A DNA stretch of 64,000 bases from Cycas panzhihuaensis (lineage: Eukaryota > Plantae > Cycadophyta), in NCBI GenBank assembly GCA_023213395.1, contig CM041465.1, positions 161,889,741 to 161,953,740 of the forward strand. The letters run 5' to 3'. Both the position numbers and the translations under genes were made by a program. Position 1 is the first letter of the stretch; every line of letters starts with the position of its first letter. Positions 55,129-64,000 of the stretch are shown here, piece after piece. Below the pieces are notes generated by a model that worked only from the letters and a program-made list of their open reading frames with translations, ran no database searches and was not told the origin of the DNA.

Positions 55129-58100
55129 TGTTAAACCTTTATAATATCTTCTCTATTTCTTCTCATTCATGTAAATTATATTTATAATGTATTAATGGAC
55201 CCATGATGTAATTTAATCATCTTAGATAATGAGGTCGAGTCCACCTCTTATGCCATTAAGTTAGCATATCCCATTGCATTATAATCTTGGTGGATGGCTA
55301 TAAATATTGCCCTACATGCTTGTACATCAATGTTGATTTGTGATTAATGTGGAAGCTCTGCCAGAAAGAGAGCCTACGGTGTGGTGAATTCACTAGTACA
55401 TTTGCATGCTTATTTTATGTATCCATTTACTTAATATATTGAATATTTGTTAATATTTTGATCACTATACTTAAATCAGAGTACACATATATAGATCTTG
55501 ACATTTTCATATGGTATAAGAGCTCATGTGTGCCTGATTTTTGAATATTTTGGTGATTTTTAGTTGATTTTGCTCTATTTTCTTCATGTTTTATGGTAAA
55601 TTTCATGGTTTTTGCAATGCTAGAGCTCATACATAGTTGGCCACAAGAGATTTCAACCTCTCACAATAGATTCTGAAGCTCATTTATATCCATTTGGGGT
55701 TTTATTTAGTTTTGTTAAAGAAAATGTGAGAAAAATCATGTTTTTTACTTGTTGCAACTCTATTGTTGATGATTTTAACTTGTCAAAGATTCACTAGCAT
55801 TTGTAGAAGCCCCACACCCATTTTTAGTGCCTAAAAAAGGAGTTTTTTAGAGTTTTTTGGTAGTATTTGGCTCTATTCTTCATTGTATGGTCTATAGAGA
55901 ACCCCAGAATTTGGTAGCCTCTCTCTCTTAATCAGGGGCATCATTTACAATGCCAAATATTCCTAGAGCTTCATATATGTGCTATGGCCTCCCCTCTAAA
56001 ATTTGGTGGCATTTAGTAGCCATTTAATATAGTTTCTAAGCTCTCGAAGCTCCACAGGAGGTGTGCACCTCACGCGCATGCTGTGCATTAATCAAAACTC
56101 AAAAATTCATTAAATTTTTTATATTTTTATCATAGAGTTTGATAATTTAGTGAGATGACATTAAATCTGATTTAAATCTCATTTTAAATCTGCCTTAAAC
56201 CCCTCTATTTGGTCATATTCAACTCTCATATGACCTCATAAAGTGTAGATTTCAAATCTCATTTAGTTAGATTTCTTATTTTTTATTTTACAAGAACATT
56301 AAGCCCTTTTTAATAATTCTTCAAGTCCACTAGCCCCCTAATAGCATCAATACCTAGTCACTTGGGGTCTATAGGTGACTGGGGGCATAAAAAGGTATAT
56401 GTATTATTTTTGTGATATATTTTCAATTGTGCATGTATTTTGCAAACTATTTAAAGTGCCAAAAAGATAATTTGGAGCTCTATATCTTAGAATCAAATTA
56501 AGCTAGATTTAGAGTTGATTTAAAGGAGATATTAGTTGCTCAAGTTGACCCTTATGCTTAAGCCATTTAAGCTTTATTTTTTAAGATTTGAAGTTATTTT
56601 TCAGTTTCATTAAGGTTTTTTTACTAGATTAGGTTGTGGGTTATCATTTTTAGCAACTCAATTATAATTCTTTAAGGATAATTAAGTGCATGATGATGTC
56701 TCATATATAGGTGTTACTCTTGGAAGGTTGAAGAAGATAACTCTCAAAGCTTAACCTATCAAGAGCTTTCTAAATCTACCCTTGTTATTTCAATTTGCTT
56801 TATTTCCTTTTCATTTAATTTATTACTTTAAAAAGAACCTCTTGTATGTAAGAAACTCACTTAAAAAATTAAATTTTCATATTAAAAAAGATAACTCGTA
56901 AATTGAACCCCCATTTCCAACTCTGTAAGGGGAACAGTTAGGACCCCTGAAGTTACCACCACATACACGCCCTTAGCCTACTCATATTGGATGAAGAATA
57001 TCATTAGCTATCTGGTGTAATAGGTGATAAGATAAGGAGGAGACCCTATCTTTTAGAGTTTGAAGACAAGATTAGACTGAGGGGGGTGAGTACCTTGGTT
57101 AGTAAGTTCTCACTGCTAGATCTGTCATTTAGCATAAGACCGATGCAGGTGGAAAAACAAATCAAGGGGGTCTTAGGACCTTCTTTGCAGCTTATGTAAT
57201 GAGGTATATTGAGCCCTTGAGCTCCCTTCTAAGAATGCATGGAGAGCTTCACAACCATTAGAGTTGATCCACTCTAATATTTGTGGCCCTGTGTCTATTT
57301 AATCTCCCAATGGTAGTTAGTATTTCATCACCTCCATAGATGACTTCTCAAGGAAAGTATGGGTCTATTTCTTGAGAAACAAATATCAAGCCTTAGACAG
57401 ATTCAAAGAGTTCAAAGCTACTACTAAAAATAAAAGCATGATGAAAATCAAGACCCTTAGATCTGATAATGGTGGTGAGTATATTTCAAATTAGTTTAAT
57501 AATTTTTGTAAAGAACATAGCATCTAGTGTCATTTTTTTACTCCTTACACACCTCAGTAGAACGGTGTAGTTGAAAACATGAATAAGATTTTGATCAACA
57601 AAGGAAAAGCCATGCTTAGTGCTGCCAACCATACCACCAGATTTTGGATCGATGCCATTACCATGACTGCTTACCTAACCAACATAAGTCCCACAGTTGT
57701 GATTAGGAACATTAATGTTAAAGAAGCTTGGTTAGGTCAAAAACTATCTATAACTCACTTGAGGATCTTTGGATACATGGTATACAAACATGTCCTAAGG
57801 CATAACAGAAAGAAGCTTGATAATAAGAGCCTTAAGTGCATCTTCCTTGGCTATGTACCTGGTTGCAAAGCCTATAAAGTGTTTGATACAGTTGGTAACC
57901 AAACTTACATAACACAAGATATAATATTTACTAAAGAACCATAGGATCTCACCACTCCTCAACCTCATATTATAGTAGAAGATGAAGTTGGTACATCACA
58001 AGTGACCCTTGGACAAACTTTAGAGCCACTTATACTAGCTTACTCCTATATTCCTAATCCATCATTAGTTCCAACAGCTTCTTTGTCATCTACTTAAGTA

Positions 58101-60199
58101 AGCATAAATTTACCTTCTATTTTAATTGATGACCTTCAAGTGGGAGCTACCAACTTTTAGCTACCTCCTAAGTGGGTACAACAGCTTTTAAATAATGCTC
58201 CTCCTCCTCCCACAGTTGTAAAGAGGCCTTCCAAGATGAGACATTCTTTAAACTTTCCCCTCATGGCACATTTACTTGAAACTTGAACCTTCCATATTTG
58301 AGAAGGTAGTTAAAGACCAATGTGGAAAGTAGTTATGGATGAAGAGATGAATTCTATCTTAAAAAATGATATTTGGGAGCTGACTAATTGCCACCTAGGA
58401 AGAAAGCAATTGATTATAGATGGTTGTATAAGACAAAGTTCTATGAAGATGGCACTGTAGAGTGTCATAAAGCTTGCCTTGTTGTAAGAGGTTTCAAATA
58501 GTAGGAAGGAATTGACTATGATAAGACCTTTGCACCGGTAGCCAACATGACCACATTCTATTTGGTTATGTCCCTAGCAAGCCAATTTGGATGGCCTATT
58601 TACCAAATAGATGTAAAGAGTGTTTTTCTCAATGGAGAGATTAAAGAAGACATTTTCTTGAAACAACCCCCAGGCTATATTCTTCTAGGATAAGAACACT
58701 TAATTTGTAGACTTAAGAAAGCCCTTTATAGATTCAAGAAGATACCATGTACCCAGTATGCAAAGATAGATGATTTTCTCATATAACATGGATTTAATTA
58801 TTCACCCTATGACCCTAATCTTTAAATTCGAGTTAGAGATAATTTAATCACCATCATTGTACTTTATGTAGATGACCTTACTATCACTGGCAATGATACA
58901 GATGGAATCTTTTAGCTTCAATCAAAGTTAAAGAGCAACTTTAAGATGACTGACCTTAGCCTACTCCACTACTTCCTCAAAATTGAAGTTTAGTAAGAAC
59001 CAGGCCACATCTTCCTGACTCAAACTAAGTATGCCAATGAACTTTTGGAAAGATTTAGGATGCTAGATTGTAAGCTTGCACCAATTCCCATGGAGATAGG
59101 AACCAAGTTAAACCTAGATGAATAAGGAAAACTTTTTAATCCTACTTTGTACCAATAGTTAGTTCAGAGTCTCATCTATTTCACTCATATTTACTCAAAC
59201 ATCTCATATATAGTAAGGATCTACTCTAGGTATATGTCACAACCCAAAGTATCTCATTGGAAAGTAGCGACTAGGATCCTCAAATATATATATGGCACTT
59301 ATCAGTTTGGCCTTAAATATAACAAGATTGAATCACCTATTCTAAAGGGATATGTAGATGATGATTGGGCTGGTTTCTAGGATATTATTTAGGCCTAAAG
59401 TGAGCTATAATATTTTGGAATTACAAAAAGTAACCCAATATTACTCTCTCATCAACTAAAGTTGAATACAAAGTAGTCATCCATGCTACTAAAGAGTTAA
59501 TTTCACTTAGAAGGATTCTTGTCAAGCTTGGACTTTAGTAGACTTCACCAACCATCCTATATTATGACAACTAGAGTATGTTGAAGATGATGAAAAATCT
59601 TGTATTCCATGCTAGAACCAAGTACATTGAGGTCCACCATCACTTCATCCATGAGCATGTCCAGAATGGAAAAGTTAATCTTGTCTACCATCCTACCAAA
59701 GACTAGGTTACAAACATGTTCACTAAAGCACTTGGTAAACCAAAGTTTAAATGGTTTAGATTTGACCTCATCATTCGAAAAAATGAAATTGTTATTTAAG
59801 GGAGGGTGTTAAAACTTTGTAATATCTCATCCATTTCTTCTTATTTGTGTACACTATATTTATAATATATTAATAGACTATATTTATGTGTAAACTATAT
59901 TTAATCATATTGGATAGTGAGGTCGGGTCCACCTCTTATGCCATTAAGTCAGCCTATTCTATTACATTATAATCTTGGAATATGGCTATAAATATTATCT
60001 TGCATGTTTGTACATTAATGTTGATTTGTGATTAATATAAAAGCTCTACCCAAGAGAGAGCCTATAGTGTGGAAAATTCACCTATACATTAGCATGCTCA
60101 TTTCATGTGTCCAGTTGCTTAATATATTGAATATTTATCAATATTTTGATTACTATACTTGAATTAGGGTACACGTATATAGATTCTAACATTTTCACA
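55129..60199 (+). mobile_element. Element D: copia related to element B, lacking gag and protease
   Basis: LTRs 55129-55511 and 59807-60199. PBS TGGTATAAGAGC at 55512. PPT AAGGGAGGG at 59798-59806. Diverged TSD GACAA/GGTGA. Pol colinear with element B. Confidence 0.92.
57224..59800 (+). pseudogene. pol: Copia integrase, RT and RNase H (element D)
   Basis: DDFSRKVWVYFL, LRSDNGGEY, ORF 57579-57944 (HLRIFG, KCIFLGY), LYVDDL (~58862), KYIEVHHHFI. Confidence 0.93.
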
Positions 60200-62000
60200 G
60201 GTGAAACACTAAGCCTAATAAGACCTTTGTCAAGTAGGTCTTGTAGTTACATTTTTAATTCACCCAATTCTAATGTATTCAGGTGATATGTTACCTTAGA
60301 AAATGGTTTTTCCCTTAGTATAAGCTCAATTACATGCTCTACATCCTGCTTGGTTGGTAATCCTGGAAACTCCTTGAGAAATACATCTTTGAACTCTTAT
60401 GTCATTGAATAATTCAATTGGTGAGGTTTTATGAGGGTCCCTTATTCATTCACATAAACTATATAAGCTCGACAATCTTTCCTTAGACATTACTTTACTT
60501 ATATTACAAAAATCTATTAAATGTTAATTAAAAGTTTCTTCCCTTAAATAAGATCAAGCTCTCCATTATCATTCAAACACTTGATTAGCTTGTTATAACA
60601 AGCAATCTTTGCTTGGTGCTTTATCAACCATTCCAAACTAATGATAGCATCATAGTCTCTTAATGGAAAAATCTAAAAGATGTTATAAGTATATCATGTC
60701 TCCCATATCAATGGTTAAAAAGGCATATACTTAATCTCTTTCTTCTTATTTGCATTTTCCATATATGTAGTCCATTTATCCTTACCAATTTAAGTATCAA
60801 GTTTGCACTTTTCTATAATTCTATGATTCAAGAAATTATAATTGCCTCATGAGTCAATGAGTATTATAAATTCCTATTTTGAGATTTTACTAGTTTCAGA
60901 TACCAACATGAATTAGTTATCAACCTATCATCATTTGATCATTACATGTACATGCATATATCCTACTTCTTAGGCTTTGTCTACTATTGTGGGGTGACGT
61001 TTGCTAACAAAAGTCACTTGTTCTGGCGGTGTTCCTCGGAACGCGAGATATGGACTAATCTCATGATACTGAATGCAATAACCATCTTCTAGGTGGGCAT
61101 TGAGCTTCCAATTTCCATGCCTTTCAGACCACAGGTTGCCTTTTCGGGCTAGTTGTTGTCTCTCTCTTCCGTCTCATCCTCTTCCATAGGCATAGAGGTA
61201 GACCACTTTCATCATGGAAATGACAGACAAAGCCCTAAATGAATAGGGTATAAATTGGGATATAGCTCTATACTATAAGCTCCTCCTCTTACTTATGAAC
61301 TTTATGGATAATTTGAAGCATAGTTTCTTTGCTCATTGCATGAGTAGCATCTCCTTCTCTTGAATTTTTAAGGATATTTATGGGTACTAGATTAGGCCTT
61401 GGGTTACCTATGGTTTAAAATCTCTCTTTGATAGATCTTATTTTGGTTGTCATTTTCCTTTTTAAGCAAATTACTTATCTAGTGGTTTTATTAATTATTC
61501 TTCATAGTATTTATCCTTTCAAATTATATCCTCTAAGGTCTTAGGATCATGAATTCTTTTCTTGTTTTAGATGCTTTCATTCAATCCCCTAATGAATCTA
61601 TAAGTCTTCACCTTTTCTTCCTATATGTATGGAACATATTGGAGAAGCTCCATGAACTATCTTCTGTATTGATCCATTGTCATTCTTTGTTAGCTTAGTT
61701 CATAAAAGGCTAATGTCATTTTGTTATAATATTATTTCGAAAGATATTTTTGTTTGAAGTATTTAACAAACTTATTCTATCTCATCTCTCTTTCATGAAT
61801 GTATTTCACATTTTCATAATATTCACATCACAGGGAGGTTTTTCCTACTAAATTGTAAATAACAATCCTTACCTTCTTATTAGAGCTAAAATAATCCAAT
61901 CCAACATAATTTTCAATGTCAAGTAGCCATTGTTCTACTTCTCCTTCACTCTTACTTTCTTTGTTGAAGGTGGGTGACCTTATCTTCCTCATCTCAAACT
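60200..62000 (-). pseudogene. gag-pol: Gypsy gag and protease remnant (element G)
   Basis: EMRKIRSPTF..QWLLDIE, FMELLQYVP, KTYRFIRGLN, LIDS*G, YDAIISLEWL, FKDVF, IRLSVSP. Confidence 0.88.
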
Positions 62001-62470
62001 GGAGTGCACTTTACCTACCTCTACACTCTCCTCTCTTGGGGGTTTTATTAGAGTATTTAGTGCTTATTATGTATTAATCTTTATCATGTTCTTAAATGTT
62101 TCTCTTGTTTATTCTACTTGAGTGCTCATGAGTTGATGGCTCTTAGAGTTTGCTTCTTCTCCCATTACTTATGGTGTTCTAAGCTCTCTCAGTATTCTCC
62201 TACCCAATTATTTACTGGATTTTGTTAAAAATACTACTTGACTAATATAAATATTAAGCACAAATCTTTATTATTATTATTTTTGGGCCAACGAATGTTT
62301 ATTTTTAGGTCTTATGGATCTATATATATCCAAAGATCTCTTTGTACTCTATAGCTTTTGGATCAATGTAATTGAGTGTTCTAAGGTGGGTTTACCCACT
62401 GGGTATCATGTGTATTCATCTTTGAGATTGGTGTGTATGTTCGATCTAGTTTTGCTCCCATTTTTTAACA

Positions 62471-62482
62471 TGGTATCAGAGC
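62471..62482 (+). promoter_or_regulatory. Primer-binding site (tRNA-iMet) of element J
   Basis: Exact TGGTATCAGAGC directly after the terminal CA. Confidence 0.95.
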
Positions 62483-62976
62483 ATGGAGTTGTACGTTGCC
62501 ACCGGGTAAGCTGCATGGTGTCCTGATCTGATTACTAGTCATTTAGAAGGAGTCTGGTGTAGTGCAGAATTGGTGCAGCCCATTTGACGTTCAAGTTTGA
62601 AGGTTATTGGCCTATGAAGTTGCTTCAAATGCCCCTTGTGGTCTCATTTAAAGGTACTTTTTAGTCTTTTTCCCTTCTCTTGCTTAATTGTCTCTGTCGT
62701 GTTGAATGCTTTCTGCTTTGTATGCACATGTCCTCCTTCTTATTTATATAAGTTATAAACTCTAAAGCTATTATAGATATACTATGTTTATAGTCATTTT
62801 TCTTCAATTTTTGTACCTGGACAAACAAATCTTAAGTATTTTAACTGTAAGCATATCATTTTTTTTGTCACTTTTCTGCGCTCCTCCTCTCTTTGTAATC
62901 CATTACTCTTCGCCCTCATTGATTATATATGTACCTATACGTTACTCTGTATATCTGCGACTTTACTCTCCCATGT

Positions 62977-63254
62977 GTGTAGCACTTCATATACACTGTG
63001 TGTTTAGCATGTTTAGCACTGCGTATACAATGTGTGTTTGGCGTGTTTAGCACTGCATATACACTGTGTGTTTGGCATGTTTAGCACTATGTATACACTA
63101 TGTGTTTGGCATGTTTAGCACTACATATACAATGTGTGTTTAGCATGTTTAGCATTGCATATACACTATGTGTTTGGTGTATAAATAATGAGTTTATCAC
63201 TGCATATACACTACGTGTTTGGCATATACACTGCATGTTTGGCACTGCATATGC
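62977..63254. repeat. 34-bp minisatellite, ~6 full and 2 partial units (GTTTAGCACTGCATATACACTGTGTGTTTGGCAT)
   Basis: Unit starts at 62977, 63011, 63045, 63079, 63113 and 63147. Confidence 0.93.
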
Positions 63255-64000
63255 ATCTATATATTACTATGTATACGCTCGTTGGTTTTGCATTGGATTT
63301 TCATGTGTATCTGCATTGATTTTCTCATGCAACTATCTGTATATCAATATGTACATTTCATGCTTAATGACTACATATACTGGCTATGTATATGATTGGC
63401 GTGATTCCTCTTCTATGTATACCCTTGCGTGATTGTTGTATATATCCTCGTGTCTATTGTACTGTGTATTCTCACATGTTTTTTTGGCTACATATACCTA
63501 GTGCATGTCAACTACACTTTATCATATTCTTTTACATCATTCTTCCATGTATTTATAGTGAGTTTCCAATGTCTTGTATATATTAATTAGCATTCAATAT
63601 ATTCAACAGCGTGTATTCACCATGCATATACTCCAACATCAACTCTCTATCTTTGTTGCATCATTTTTTATCTTCATATTTGAGTGTATGCAGTGCTGAG
63701 TGTGTATCATTTTTTTGAACACTATTTGCTACCTCCATTTACCAGTACCTTTTAGTATGATAATCAGGGGCATTTTGTGTTAGTTCTTGTTAGTCGCCAA
63801 CATCAATACAACTATACATGAAAGTTATTTAGGAGTTTTGGTGCAGTTAGGGTTCATGCAGATCACTATAAATAAATCAAACTGTTAAAGATTAATGATG
63901 TATATTATGGTTGCCTTGGTGAGATACATTATATATTTCGACCTTATACAATAATGTATCATTGCCCTTCATTGATTTTTTTATGAAGGCTTATTATTAT

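Larger units (their letters stand above)
40841..62222 (-). mobile_element. Element G: degenerate Ty3/gypsy, Tekay/Del-like, split by insertions H, D and J
   Basis: PPT (rc TCCCTCTCCCC) at 42181, with the LTR starting TGTAAGAACCC on the minus strand at 42180. Integrase ~42200-43550, RNase H YPTYDLE ~43945, RT 54309-55128, protease LIDS*GNYNF ~60850, gag to ~62000. Far end of the LTR (40841) is tentative. Confidence 0.85.
62223..64000 (+). mobile_element. Element J: 5' LTR, PBS and leader of an LTR element (C/K-like), truncated by the window end
   Basis: TGTTAAAA...TTTAACA (62223-62470) followed by a perfect PBS. LTR and leader loosely resemble those of C and K. Confidence 0.8.

Noticed and set aside
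62977-63254. CRISPR-like 34-bp periodicity
   Set aside because: Units are head-to-tail with no unique spacers, there are no cas genes, and the context is eukaryotic.

Overview
This AT-rich eukaryotic window is almost entirely a nest of old, decayed LTR retrotransposons, most likely from a large-genome land plant (gymnosperm-like; this is inference). I found no intact host gene, RNA gene or CRISPR array. LTR pairs, tRNA-iMet primer-binding sites (PBS), polypurine tracts (PPT) and 5-bp target-site duplications (TSD) resolve two nests. Nest 1: Ty1/copia element A (+, ~9149-40827) hosts a minus-strand gypsy Z in its gag region. Z in turn carries gypsy Y, a solo LTR and a small non-autonomous element X. 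Four more copia elements (B, which contains C, then K, E and F) sit in A's integrase region. Nest 2: Tekay/Del-like gypsy G (-, ~40.8-62.2 kb) hosts copia H (containing I), copia D and the start of element J. All gag-pol frames are broken, largely by C>T/G>A changes. The long Tyr/Ile ORFs are artefacts of microsatellites, including a ~3 kb (TA)n-based tract inside element C. The most unusual observations are a PBS captured inside both LTRs of H, a non-autonomous family with a condensed pol and a repeat-prone leader (C/K/J), four insertions within ~630 bp of one integrase gene, an LTR flanked by both a PPT and a PBS, and two insertions at nearly the same RT codon. None of these establishes a new biological system on sequence alone. 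Coordinates were read by eye and may be off by a few bases.
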